DNA of 64,000 nt from Botryllus schlosseri (lineage: Eukaryota). This document shows, piece after piece, positions 1 through 13,172 of the stretch. Below the pieces are notes generated by a model. That model was not told the origin of the DNA, did not search any database, and saw nothing but the letters and a program-made list of their open reading frames with translations. Made by a program: the position numbers and the translations under genes. The stretch is taken from the NCBI GenBank assembly GCA_051294905.1, contig CM119371.1:15812001-15876000 (forward strand). Direction: 5' to 3'. Position 1 is the first letter of the stretch, and every line of letters starts with the position of its first letter.

Positions 1-389
1 GACATGTACAAAATTTCAAATCTTTGTCAGATGTACATACATCACGCCTAGCAGTAAAAATCAAACCCCATTTAACTACATAAAAAGATATCAATAATTA
101 CGCTATATTTGAAAGTAGGCGAAGAGTTGATTATCATCATCCACCTGGGGGAGCTGTCTCTATTGTATTGATAACCTGGCATATGGCATGGCGATGGTCC
201 TCCAATCATACTACAACACACCCCACTGCTATCCACTGCGCGATAATAAGTAGTGAAATTTGAAATTTCGGCGATTCTGCTATCAATAACCCGATATGAT
301 ATCGTACTATTTCTTTGTTCACGAATGTTCAGTTTATGTCAGTCCACAAATGAGAAAAAGTCATCTTTCTTTTACGAAGAAATCGATTC

Positions 390-525
390 AGTGTTGGGAT
401 AAAGTAACTAACTTCAGGTCACAAGTCATCTCGAATTATTGCACATATTGACTCGAGTCAAGTCGAGTCACTCGATTTTTGGAGATGACTCGAGTCAAGT
501 CAAGTTACAATTCAAGTCAAATTGT
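390..525. repeat. Fragment of the GACTCGAGTC-rich MITE family
   Basis: Clustered gactcgagtc/gagtcaagtc motifs like those in the complete copy at 6927-7504; similar remnants at ~2040-2195, ~5910-6010, ~7770-7920 and ~13040-13160. Boundaries approximate. Confidence 0.55.
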
Positions 526-2821
526 CTTTTCGAAATACGAGGTAGGATTAAAGTCATTGCATTCGCCATCCAGGACAGAATATAGAATTAAATGGACATG
601 CAAGAATGCGTTGTATAGCTCACGCATTCAAAGAATTGCTAAACAACGGAAGTTAGCTGTGTATACTGTGTAAAGTGAGCCGGAAAGTTGCCCTTAAAAA
701 AACGTGAAATAACACAAAAGGGTATATTTCTGGAGTCGAGTATTTATCAGTTTTCCGGATTTTTCTCCAGTATCATAGGTCTGAATATTTTGAAAAAGTT
801 TGCTCTTTTCGGATTTCCAAAAGGTAACCCTAGTAGGCCTATAACCATTGATCTACTGCAGATGAATCTTTCAACAGCCAGAAGTTCATACCAGAACATC
901 AGATACTACCTTGCCACACCAATTCTACTATGATAAGCTGTAGGAACAGCCATACAGAAGTGGTAATGTGGATCTCAGGGTTCGGTTATTTCCGTGATTC
1001 TACCACCCAATATTGATCGACTTTTTGTGTGTCGACCTTCAATGGTGATGCTTTAAGAACTCGCCAATGACTGGATCCTCATCCCCTGACCAATTTTCCC
1101 TTAACTTTTGTCGAGTCTGCGCACAGTCACCAACTCACTGCGCAGACCCTTGGACAATAACAGTGCGTAACGACTAAAAATAGAGTCATCACTTCGGATT
1201 TTTTGTGCGCAACTTAGATTTTCTGTGCGCAGAGACCGTGTCAGCACTGCGCATTCGCTCACGTGCGCAACTTAGAGGGAACATTGCCTCTGACTTTGAG
1301 CAAATAACCATGGCCCACTTACATTTTGTCGTTGGATGTGAACATTTCATTTTAATCATGTACAGAACAGAAGAATGCCATTAGCTTTGACGCCATACAA
1401 TGTTGTGTCCTCGTCTTGCTACATTATCATCGGCCCATTTAACCAATATATTATATTTTTATATATATTTTAGCCAGCTCGCGGTTTCGCACCTTCACAG
1501 GTGAGCGAAGGCCCAGCCCATTATGCACGCTGAACAACAGCACCTTGGTAAAAGAGGCTCTCCTCGAAAACAGACCCTGAATTTCCCCATCTCATGTCAA
1601 CCTACTATTGCTCGACCTGTTTTCAATTTATTTGTGACGCGTGACACGACTAGAAAGACTTTGTATTACATCAATGCAGCTGGCGGGATGATCCGCGGGA
1701 GTCTCTAAGGATCGCAACGCTGCAGCTCGTATTTTATTTTTGAATGGAGTTTTACTAAATAAAACTGTCTCTCTCTCATTGGAAGTATTACTTCTACTTG
1801 ACAATTTCAAAATATCGAAAAGTCACCAAAGTCGATGAAGTAGAAGTACAAGAAGCGAAAAATTAGTTCTACTCGTGGCAGTACATGAAGTAGAGAAAAA
1901 TTAGAAGTACTTCTTTACTGACCATCTCTGTCGTATTGCAGATACCAGTACTGATAGACGAAATACCAATAATAATAATGTGGTCGCTTACTATTCCTCG
2001 AGGTTGCAACGAAATGCTTGTCTTGGCCATCCAAGTCTAGCTAAAGTCTTATGACTTGAACGAGTCATGCGCAATGACTCGAGTACCAGTAGAGTCAATA
2101 CACATATTGTCTCAAATCGAGTCAGGTTATTTTCCTTTTATAAAATGACTTGAGTCAGGTCGAGTCACTAAAAAATCGCGACTCGAGTCAATACAACTTA
2201 CTATTGATATAACTCACGTCTCTCAATTTTAAACTTGATGAAAAAGATAAATTTGATACTTATTAAATTGATTAGGCCATGTTGTCAAAGTAAATTAGAA
2301 CGATATGTTGAGTACTACCATTAATCGATCGTGAGTGACAACATCAAAATATCAGGATGATCAAAATAAAATCACTGCCGATTCGAATCAAACACTGAAG
2401 ATTATGTTCAAATCGAGTCACTACTTTTCAATATTATTTCATTGTTCAAAATTTTGAACGGAGCATAGTCGATCGATAGGAAATTCAAAGAGATTTGCAC
2501 GTTCAAAAGCATAGAAATATCATAAAATCAGTGATGCAACCCAAAGAAAAATCGACTATTCCGGAATAAATATAGTTCATGCTGCGAGTTGCTTCACAAT
2601 AATTATATTTTCATCTGCCCAAGACACACACACACAATGAACAATGCGATATAGAAGACACATAATGCGATGTAATGAACAGATAGAAGCAGGACCGTAA
2701 CTGCCGCACCCCAAACCCACCAATTGGGGGGGGGTAGCTCGAAGGGGTAATTTATGAAAATTTATGCAATTTTTCCAAATTTGTTCACACTGAGCGCGAT
2801 TTAGTGTTGTCAAATATCTTC

Positions 2822-3418
2822 ATTATTGGGTAACCTTCCCCCAAGAAAAAATACGCACGATTCATAGAAATGGGCACTTCGGCATCAGCCATCACCGCAC
2901 CACGGATGTAGTAAGGCATATAAAGTTATAGGCCATGTACCGTATGCAATTCCCGATCATATTGACCGATTCAATCATGAATTATAGAAATTTTTCGATC
3001 TTCTCGCGTTGAGGCGAAAAAAAAGCTGACCCACTGAAAAGTAGAACGAATATGGCAGAAATAAGGGTTCTGGCGTTCGGTTCATCACCCTATGGGGGGT
3101 ACCTTACCAACGTTTGGGGGGCTGACGAAGTGCCGTTACGGTCCTGGACAGGATGCCGAGACGACCAGTTATGGTCTGTTAATCTGGTATACACCTCAGC
3201 CTAGTGCCCGATGTCACAATATTCTTCGGTGTTAATCCTTCTTCATCGCTATTTCTTGCTCATTTCTTTCTTTCTTCATCTTTTTCACTGGGCTTTTTGT
3301 CGCTGTTAAGAAATGCAACTCGAGGGACAAGAAGCCCAAAATAACCTTCGACGGTGGGACTTGAACCCGGGCCGCTTGGGCAGATAGCGTCGACGCTCAC
3401 CACTACGTTTTCTTCCCT
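2822..3418 (-). mobile_element. tRNA-derived SINE-like element
   Basis: Minus strand begins gggaagaaaacGTAGTGGTGAGCG...cccGGTTCAAGTCCcacc (A-box/B-box-like), followed by a ~500-bp body. A paralogous copy lies at ~10442-11035. It abuts and truncates a BTB gene stub. Confidence 0.6.
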
Positions 3419-3419
3419 A

Positions 3420-3629
3420 CGAGGGTCTGGAAATGAGACAATCCCAGTCTTCGACTCCTTTGTATCACTCGAAGACATGGCTCGGATATATTCAGATGCG
3501 GCTATCAGTACAAAGTTATGCAACTTGATTTCATCATAGTCAGCCATGATTGTGATGACACAAAACCGCTCTTCGTCTTTCGATGCGTTCATGGAATCGT
3601 GCACGCAAGGAACATTCTTTCAGGGCCAT
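3420..3629 (-). pseudogene. Truncated KLHL-like BTB N-terminal stub
   Basis: Reads MALKEC.../DSMNASKDEERFCVITIMADYDEIKLHNFVLIAASEYIRAMSSSDTKESKTGIVSFPD, homologous to the full genes; frameshifted and cut after IVSFPD by the SINE. Confidence 0.85.
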
Positions 3630-4247
3630 TCTCAGATGAAATACCAGCTTCACAAAATTAGTTACGTTACATATGCTGAAAAATATTGATGAAACAAAGT
3701 TCAGTGTAATTATTATGTTATCTAGCAACAAATACAATTTTATCAATACCATTTTAAACTTTAAACAAAAAAGACTTTCGATAATGGGCGGTCATTGGTC
3801 AAAAATGAAAGAGGTGTCAAAATAACTGCAATATGATTTACAAAGCAGTGACAGAAAGGGTTAATTTTGAGGAGTAGTTTGGAAAGAGTTGTCAGGGACT
3901 TTAATGTGACAGTCCAAATTGAAATATGCATCCAATACACAATATCTATTATTGTAACGCACCTATGGAAATCAGAAACTAACTTACAATACTATGATAC
4001 AGCGGTCATCAAACCCAGTTACAAAATGTGGTTAGTACTGAAGTACTTCTACATTTTCAGAATACCCAGGTCGGTTTAGCCCACCTAAAATATCTAGTAA
4101 CAATGGTTATTTTTATATGACTTCTACTTAACAGCTTTCTACTGAATCAATACTAGTCAACCCTTCCTATCTTTCATAGCATCGCAGTCTTGTGGTGTAT
4201 TGAAATGATGAAATTTTTAGCAATAAATTGAATTGAATTATAAACAA

Positions 4248-4350
4248 GAATTCCTACCTAAGTGTTGGAGGTCTATATAGGCTCCTCGACACGTCATCCG
4301 TGCAAGCGGTGTCCTATAAAGAATCCTAGAAGTGGGCCGTGCTACAAGTA
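4248..4350 (+). mobile_element. 3' fragment of a second SINE family
   Basis: gaattcctacctaagtg...cctagaagtgggccgtgcta matches the body of the tRNA-headed SINE at 32678-32856 (minus strand). Confidence 0.55.
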
Positions 4351-6242
4351 GGCAGCTCCGGAATTAAATGAAAATTGGTCTAGATTAAAAGACCATAGTA
4401 GTCGACAAACACCATGAATGCAACAAGCAAACAAACTTACTATATAGGCATACATACAGTTTGGATTTTGCAAAAAGTAATTTGGGGAAACGTTGGCAAC
4501 AAATTTAAATGTGATATTGTCATAACACCTGGAAGAAATAGCCACTGTAACACGGTAGCTGCATATATATACCAAAATTGAACATATTTCTTATTTGTAT
4601 TGTCATTAGTCATGTTGCGTTAGTCGCTAGATGGATCTTGCAATTTTGAAAGTAGCCTAGTCACCCCTGGTGTAAGCTGCTAAAAGTATGCAAACCCTCA
4701 ACCAATTCTAATTTTTGAACTGCTCGCTGTGGTACAGATCTTTATTTTCTACTTTGAATTGATATATATTTACATAGTTACTTCTACTACCGTAGTTACT
4801 ACCATCCTTGACTAATCATTTTATTAAATTTTTTATCCGAAACAATACACCACGAGATTGCGATATAATGAAAAGATAGGATGGTGCCGAAACGACTTGG
4901 AGCAGTCTTTTAATCAGACACTCACCTTGGCCTACAGCACGTACTTTGACCAACTCTGGTTGTTATGAGGAATTCATGAATGAGCGTTAGTAATTCGGAA
5001 TCAAAATTGAGAGTCTGATCCAAAATAACCAAAAGAAATTGAAAATAAAAACGGCAAAAATAGCATACTTTGAGTCTACTAGTTCAGACAGAAAAAATTA
5101 CAGCTACTCATATACTGGCATTTGACAATTATGAGACAATTCTGAATCGGAACGGCAGGCTTCCATTGGAAATACCGAATCAATCAACGAAATTCACTAA
5201 TAAATCCTACTATTCATCGCAATATAATCGGAACGTTTTACACAGTGAAGCATACGATTGTCAACTTAATAGAAATAGCAATATATGATGAATAACCTTC
5301 ACAAAACGTACGCTCTGATAAATATGTGCATGTGCAATGTACTCAATTTGAGTGGAATATATATGCGTTCTCTAAGTGGTGAACATGAACACTTTTTAAT
5401 TTGAATATCAGTAACTGATTAATGACACAGAACTTGGACACGGCATTTAATAGCAGGCCTAGGCTACATTCATATTTTATTGAATCAAAGAACTTTTTGC
5501 ATGCCTCTTATCAATAACAACCGGCACAAAAAGGATATCGAACAGAGTTGGATTCAAAACCAAATGGCGTATTGTGACGTAATAATGAGAATGATAAGAA
5601 GCACATGAAAAGTTTTTTGAGTCGATTAAAATAAGAATGCCCTGTTAAAAGACATTTGAATTTGCAATTGGTTCACTGAATACTATACATTGTGTGGAAA
5701 GTAAACAACAACGATCAGTGTGCAATTGTGCCTATGCCTAAAGATAGGTCACAGTGGTATAACGTGCTGATCAGGTCGTACACATAATTGAAGCCAGTTG
5801 CATCGAGAAAGCATACACAGCCACATACACACACAAAAAAACTTCCGGTGTCAGATCAAAAGAAGGCAATACACACATAAACCTTTGCGCTGCGTGTTGG
5901 GATCAAGGCACTACATCTGAGTCACAAGTCATATCGAGTCATTGCACATTTTGACTCGAGTCAATCACTTGATTTTCGGAGGTGATTCGATACAAATCAA
6001 TAAGTCTTGACTAATTTCCGGAGAACTTGGCATTATTCATGTAGTTACATTTTGCAAGTATAGAATGAGTCACCATCAATTCCGAATAGAGAAACGAATA
6101 TGGAGTTAATTAGACCTTCAACGGGGACTTGTATGGCTTTTATATAGGCACGTAAAACTACTAAATCACGTTGATAACTGTAACCATAGATGGAATATGA
6201 AACCTCACAAAAAGTGACACAAATTTATATGATGCTATACTG

Positions 6243-7619
6243 CAGGGGTGTCAAACATCCGGCCCGTAATTCTTAGTAGATTGAAAAATGCTTATTATCC
6301 GTATTATCCGGCACATTTGAGACAAATGTTGTGATTTTGTTGTAGTAAAAACTTCCGTTAAATGATCCCTCAAGACTGCGAATGTCGAGCATGTTCATGT
6401 TCATAGGTCACATTATAGCCACCCGACGGCGCTGTTGCGGTTTCACTCTAGTTACCATTAGCAACAAGTCGATGACATTGACACCCAATTTCGAGAAAGC
6501 GAAAAAAATGCACACTACGTTCAGAGTTCTATGGAAAAAAGTACCAAAAATTAGTTTTTCACAGAAGCGAAGACGCCAATGCGGACCGTTATATGCAGGT
6601 TACATGGAAAGTTTAGTACTCAAGAATATAATTCAAATATCTGTGATCGCACTGCTGTATAACATCTGGCTCAAAAGGTGCCCGGCCTCCAGAGAAACCC
6701 GAATCGTGATTTTATAATAATAAACAACAAAATTATGACTAAAAAGGAACCATGGGAATATGCCAACTTATATCGTCATTAGCGCCACTGTTTTAGCGGT
6801 CCATAACTGCACTAGACCGAACAATCATCGCATTTGTCAATTCCATTTGTTCGCGAATAAAGGTATTGCTAGAATAGAACCACTTTGATCCGTAATACGA
6901 TATGTTATAGATACTATTATGTATATCAGGGTTGTAATGACTCGAGTCATGACTCGACTAGAGTCAGACTCGAGTCACGATTTTCGGATTACTCGACTCG
7001 ACTCGAGTCATTTTCTCAAAATACGGAAATGACTCGACTCGAGTCAATCTGTGTATTGACTCGACTTGGACTCGAGTCATTGCGCATGACTCGAAGCAAG
7101 TCATTGACTCGAGATTCAGACGGCGAAAACCGACATTTCATTGTAATTTCGAAGCCAACACATTATTGGGATTTCGTTTGTTGGTAGTGGTGCTTGAAAA
7201 TGCGAGCAGAAACTGCTAAAAGTGAGGAAAATTGATATATCATAAATGCGAACCATCCAATATCACCAAACAGAGTTAAAAAAGTGGGTTTAGGAAGATT
7301 ATAACTGGAAACTGAGCAGTCAACACAATGACTTGGACTCGGACTCGAGTCAAAAACTATGACTCGGACTCGATCCTCTGTTCGCTGACTTGGACTCGGA
7401 CTTGTCTCGGTGGGAATTGAAAATGACTCGACTTGACTCGAGTCAAAAATATAAAAGTGACATTGACTTGTGACTCGGAGCCTTGTGACTTGGTTACAAC
7501 CCTGATGTATATATACTTGATACTAAAGCATTCTAGTGAAAATCAAGAGCCTCAAGGTAGCACTTTTAGGAATCAATTGTGGATCCGGCCTGCGACGCAA
7601 TTCGAGTTTGACACCCCTG
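6243..7619. mobile_element. hAT-type non-autonomous element
   Basis: TIR caggggtgtcaaac...gtttgacacccctg; 8-bp TSD ctatactg/ctatacag; absent from the paralogous site at ~12150. Confidence 0.85.
6927..7504. mobile_element. hAT-type MITE (GACTCGAGTC family) nested in 6243-7619
   Basis: TIR cagggttgta...tacaaccctg; perfect 8-bp TSD ATGTATAT (6919-6926, 7505-7512); subterminal gactc repeats. Confidence 0.9.
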
Positions 7620-7933
7620 CTATACAGTACGGTATACACATTCCACCCATACGTCCAATTCTCGTCGAGTAATATAAATGCATCAACTATACAAGTCAGA
7701 TTTAAATCATACAAGAGGTTCTTTGAGGTAAGCACAGAACACTCTTGCATGTAGAGCGACTCGATCGACACCGATTACTTGACTTGAAATTGACTGAAAA
7801 ATTTGCATTTAGTCACAAGTCAATCCAGATATTTAAAACGGCGAGTCAACTCCAGTCAAGTCATTTTTGCAAAGTGATGCGAGTCAAGTCATCTTAAAAA
7901 GTGACTCGATTCTTCCCAACATGGTTATGCCTA

Positions 7934-9538
7934 TTATTTCAAAAATGACATGCAAAATACACTCATATCTACATCCTTCAGAGAAGCTCGCTCATCTTTT
8001 TCAGGTACTATCAGCTTTTCCAATTCCACAGTTTGAATCTTAGTCCCCAACATTCCCCCGTACAAATATAATTTGTCTGCGCAATGAACTTTGCATCCGA
8101 CGGTGTGCTTGATGGTGAAATCCTCAACGCATTGCCATTTATTTTTAACACCATTGTAAAATACTACCTCATCCGAACCGCCGCTGAAGGCGTACACAGT
8201 CCCATTGCATTCAAAAACACACCCATAGATTTTATTAACATTTATCGGTATGTTTGAGATCCGGATACACTGCATGGTCTTTAACTTGATCATAAAAGCA
8301 GTATACTGATACGGAGTAACCCAACCACCAGTTCCACCACCACCGACGATATAAATACAATCCTCCGTACTTGCAATCGCAAAATCAGAGCAAGGCTGTT
8401 TTTCATCTCTTTTTATTTCAACTGATGACGTTTTTCCAGTGCCAATTTCATAAAAGACTGCACATTTTTCTGTAACCATCGACACATATTTCCCACAGCC
8501 GACACATCTGTTATATTGTGCAGCAGAATCGTTCTCATACAGCATTTTCCATCTCATTCCATTGAAACTATAGATTGCATTCCCCGCCGTCACATAAATT
8601 ATTCCTTTATATTCAACTACATCAAGACACTTAGTTGCGATACCCTGAGGAAGTTGCGTAAACACAGACCATTCCTCTTCTATCAGGCTGTACCTGTACA
8701 TTAATCTAGTATCACCATTGCAGGATATCATTCCCGTCAACTTTTCAATGGGAACCATTGGCAATTTGGAAGGTTTCTCATCTAAAACTGTATCACATAT
8801 TCTAACCATCAACTGCGCCGATTCAGATACCAACTGTTCGTGAATAATGTGATCCTTCACAAATTGTCGAGGTAGAAAATTGAAGTCAATTGTGTCAAAT
8901 AAATCAACAAATGCATCCTTTCTTTTGTCCAACTCTTCTTTAACCCAGGTAACGATGGCATTCCATTTCAACATTTCATATTCCTTTCCCCAGCTACGCA
9001 CTAGGGATAACAAGTAAAGGAGGTTATCTTTTGGTAATGACTGAAGGTTCTCTGACTCGATAAATGCCTTGAGATTGTCCCGGAAAAATATTTGAATCGA
9101 GGTTTTCAAAACTTCCTTGTGATAAACTTGAGCCACCGATAGCATCTCTTCTACATTGTCCATGGTTACATTCTCGGAAAGAAATTCAACGTAGAGATCC
9201 GTCAAATTATGGAGGCAAAAGATATCTGACGCTTTCATGAAATCAGTGATGCAGTCCAAAGAAAAATCAGATTTACCGGAATAAATAAAGTTAACGCATT
9301 GTTTCACAATCACACCAGGAGTATCAGGGAATGAAACAATCCCAGTCTTTGACTCTTTTGTATCATTCGAAAACATGGCTCGGAAATATTCCGATGCAGC
9401 AATCAAGACAAATTTATGAACATTGATTTTATCTTGGCCGGCCACTATGGTGATGTCACAAAACTCTTGATGGTTTTTCAATGCGTTCATAGAATCGAGC
9501 ATGGACCGTGGATGCAAGGCACATTCCTTAGGAGCCAT
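7934..9538 (-). CDS. BTB-BACK-Kelch (KLHL-like) protein, copy 1, intact
   Basis: Uninterrupted ORF with BTB (FCDITIVAG..VHKFVLIAASEYFRAMF, VNFIYSG), BACK (LKWNAIVTWVK, FDTIDFNFLP) and Kelch-like blades (IYIVGG, VYAFSGG, LYLYGG). First ATG is at 9538 (MAPKEC); the ORF-track start at 9565 is a TTG. Confidence 0.92.
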   Translation of the reverse strand: MAPKECALHPRSMLDSMNALKNHQEFCDITIVAGQDKINVHKFVLIAASEYFRAMFSNDTKESKTGIVSFPDTPGVIVKQCVNFIYSGKSDFSLDCITDFMKASDIFCLHNLTDLYVEFLSENVTMDNVEEMLSVAQVYHKEVLKTSIQIFFRDNLKAFIESENLQSLPKDNLLYLLSLVRSWGKEYEMLKWNAIVTWVKEELDKRKDAFVDLFDTIDFNFLPRQFVKDHIIHEQLVSESAQLMVRICDTVLDEKPSKLPMVPIEKLTGMISCNGDTRLMYRYSLIEEEWSVFTQLPQGIATKCLDVVEYKGIIYVTAGNAIYSFNGMRWKMLYENDSAAQYNRCVGCGKYVSMVTEKCAVFYEIGTGKTSSVEIKRDEKQPCSDFAIASTEDCIYIVGGGGTGGWVTPYQYTAFMIKLKTMQCIRISNIPINVNKIYGCVFECNGTVYAFSGGSDEVVFYNGVKNKWQCVEDFTIKHTVGCKVHCADKLYLYGGMLGTKIQTVELEKLIVPEKDERASLKDVDMSVFCMSFLK

Positions 9539-10169
9539 TTTCGATGCAATACTAGTTTGCCACAATTGATTAGGCTAAGTATGCTGAAAATTGCAAGGAA
9601 ACAACAATATCATTATCAATTCAATCGAATTGAACGTTTCATTGCAATATAATCGGAACAATTGACACGGTGAAGTATGTGATTCTGAAGTCGAAAATCA
9701 TTAAAACAATACTTCGTAAAACGATTTCGTAAGAATCAATAACCTTTATTAAAACTGATGCCATGCAATATATGTTAGAGACCACCAGAGTTGGATCAAT
9801 TACAATTACTCCCTTGAATGTTTCAATTACATTGCAGCTACCCCGTGCTAAAAATATCAACTTTCGATTGATACCAGTTTTACCAAATTTAATACTCGGC
9901 AAGCCGGTCAAAAATGACCGTCAAATTGCCTGTAGCCAAATGGAAATTGTGACGTGATACAATTTCACTGAGGCGTGAGATTTGCTTGTGTCGACACCAT
10001 ATAGGAGACTATGGTTGAACGTAACATGGAGAAGCATTAATTATTTTATGGTGTGCTTGTCAGGTCTCAATAACAAAGTACTGTAATTGAGATTGTAATG
10101 ACAAAATTAAATGACAATACAATTACTTGAACAGCTTCTTGGAGGCACAGAACTTCAATATACAATTGA

Positions 10170-10400
10170 ATAGTATATTCATATGAACGAACATGAATAT
10201 TTCAGCTGACACTCGTCAGGGGTAATCGTGAGCAACTAGTAGAGTACATTGAACGCTCTCGCATTCAAAATTTCATGCTGGTGACGTCATATTTTGTGAT
10301 ACGGTGGTTGACTTACGATGCTCTTTTGAATTATCTACCATTGTTGCTGACGATTACCCCTGACGAGTGTTGCCGAAAATCATTCCAATATGATGATACT
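10170..10400. mobile_element. Penelope-derived hairpin (inverted 3'-end copies)
   Basis: ctgacactcgtcaggggtaatc ... gattacccctgacgagtgt inverted pair; same sequence as the arms flanking the GIY-YIG fragment at 23970-24835. Confidence 0.7.
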
Positions 10401-10441
10401 AATCAATTACATTACATTTGATAAAGTGTTGCAAATAACTT

Positions 10442-11035
10442 GATTATTGGGTACCCTTCCCCCAGGAAAAAATACGCATGATTTATAGAAATGGGGACTT
10501 CGGCATCGGCCGTCACCGCGCCACGGATGAACCAAGACATATAAAGTAATAGGCCAACTCCAGATCATTTTGACCGATTCAATCATGAATCATAGAAATT
10601 TTTTGCACTTCTCGTGTTTAGGCCAAATAAGCTGACCCACTAAACAGTACAACGAATATGGCAGAAAGAGTATAACCTGAGGGGGTCTGGGGTTCGGTTC
10701 ATCACCCTATGGTAGCTCCTTATCAACGATTTGGGGGCTGACGAAGTGCTGTTTCGGTCTTGGATAGAATGATACCGAAACGACCAGTTACGGCCTCTTA
10801 ATCTGGTAGGCCTATCTACCTCAGCCTAGTGCCCAATGTCACAATATTCTTCGGTATTAATCTTTCTTTGTCGCTATTTCTTGCTTATTTTTATCTTTCT
10901 TCATCTTTTTCACTGGGCTTTTTTGTCGCTGTTAAAAACTGCAACTCGGAGGACAAGAAGCCCGGAATAGCTGCCTACGGCGGAACTTGAACCCGGGCCG
11001 CTTGCGTAGATAGCGTCGATGCTTACCACTACTCT
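10442..11035 (-). mobile_element. tRNA-derived SINE-like element (duplicate of 2822-3418)
   Basis: Colinear with 2822-3418; B-box-like cccGGTTCAAGTTCcgcc on the minus strand. Confidence 0.6.
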
Positions 11036-11230
11036 TGAAACAATCCAAGTCTTTGGCTGCTTTGTATCACTCGAAAACATAGCTCGGATGTAGTCAGATG
11101 CGGCTATCAGTACAAACTTACGCAACTTGATTTCATCTTAGTCCGCCATGATTGCGATATCACAAAACTGCTCTTCGTCTTCGGATGCGTTCATGGAATC
11201 GTACACGCAAGGAACATTCCTTCGGGGCCG
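11036..11230 (-). pseudogene. Truncated KLHL-like BTB stub, second copy
   Basis: RKFVLIAASDYIRAMFSSDTKQPKTWIVS; start codon lost, in-frame stop present, cut by the same SINE as 3420-3629. Confidence 0.8.
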
Positions 11231-12165
11231 CTTTCAGATGAAATACCAGTTTCACAAAATTTGTTATGCTGCATACCCTGATAAATTGTGATGAAACAAA
11301 TTCCATTATCATTTTACATAACCTAGCAACACATGGAATATATCAATAATATTTTAAGCAATAAACAGAAAGAACTTTAGACCATATGCAGTCACTGGTA
11401 AAAAATGAAACAGGTGTCAAAATAACTTCAAAGCAATCTACCAAGTAGTGAAGGAATGGGTGGATTTTGAGAAGCAGATTGGAAGGAGTTGTCATGGTCT
11501 TTTATGTGTCAGTAAATATTTTAATTTGTCAACAAATACACAATGACTATTCCTGTAACTACGGCAATATGGAACTAAATTAAAATACTATGATATAGTG
11601 GCCACAACACCTAGACGTTACAAGATATGGTCAGTAACAAAGAGCTTCTACATTTTCAGACTACTCAGGTAGGTTTCGTCCACCTGCACAATGTACTCAT
11701 AACGGTTGCTTTTAGATGACTCTTACTTAACAGCTTAATAAAAAAAACCACTCACTATATACATACACTTCGGATTATGAAAAATTAATTTTGGACAGTA
11801 GTAATTGAAAGTAAAAATTGAGAGTCAGATCTAAAATAACCAACAGAAATTAAGTAGCCGAAAAATAGCACCATTTGATTAGACTAGTTTAGACAGACGA
11901 AATTACTCTCATACTGGCATTTCACAATCATGATACAATTTCTAAATTGCAACGGTAGGCTTCCATCGGAAATGCCGAATCAAGAAATGATATTCACTAA
12001 AAAAATCAACATTTCATCGTAATATAATAACAAAGTATTACACAGAGAAGCATATGATTATGAAATTGTATTGAAGTAATAATTCTTGAAGAATAGATGG
12101 AATAGATTAGAATATAAAGACTCAGAAAATCGAACTAAATTTATATGATGCTATACACCTTCCAC

Positions 12166-12704
12166 CAGGGTTGTAATGACTAGAGTCACGATTTTCTGAT
12201 GAACCAACTTAAACCGAGTCATTATCTCAAAATACGGAAATGACTGGACTTGAGTCAATCTATGACTCGACTTGGACTCCAGTCATTGCGCATGCCTCGA
12301 ACCAAGTCGTATGACTCGAGACTCAGACAGCCAAGACTGACATTTCATTGTAATTTTGAATAGAAAAGTAACCATACTATTGGGAATTCCATCTATTGGT
12401 ACTGGTACGTGAAAATACGACCAGAAACTGCTAAAAGTGAGGAAAATTAGTACATTACAAATGCAAACCATTCGATATCGCCCAAAAGAGTTATAAAAAG
12501 TGGGTTCAACAAGACTGGAAACTGAGCAGTCAGCACAATGACTTGGACACTGACTCGAGTCATAATACCATGACCTGAACTCAACCCTTTGATCGCTGAC
12601 TTGGACTCGGACTTGACTCGATGGCGAATTGTAAGTGACTCGACTCGAGTCAAAACTATAAAAGTCAGATTGACTTGTGACTTGGAACCTTGGTTACAAC
12701 CCTA
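12166..12704. mobile_element. hAT-type MITE (GACTCGAGTC family)
   Basis: cagggttgtaatgac...ggttacaacccta; TSD ccttccac/cattccac; colinear with 6927-7504. Confidence 0.85.
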
Positions 12705-13172
12705 CATTCCACCTACAGTCTACACGTCCAATTCTTGTCGAGTAATATCAATGTATCAACTATATAAGTCAGATTTAAATCATATAAGAGGTTCTTCAAG
12801 GTGAGCACTGAGCAGTTTATAGAATAGAAGTACACTGCTATAGATAGATTACTACTAGTTTACGACAATGTATAAGCTCTAATCACTTTGTTTCGGTCAA
12901 TTTATTTGCGATATATTGACGGCGCCACTGCAAAACCAGGCGGCAGAATCATTGAATGATTGGTTAATTACACAGGTCATATCAGGGTGTCGAGAACATG
13001 TATGAAAAATGAACATGAATAGCGACTCAATCGATACCGATTACTTGAAATTGACTCAAATAATTGGCTTTGAGTCACAAGTCACTCCAGATATTAAAAA
13101 CATCGTGTCAACTCCAGTCAAGTCAAGTCATGTGAAAAAGTGACTCGATTCGCCGCAACATGGTTATACTTA

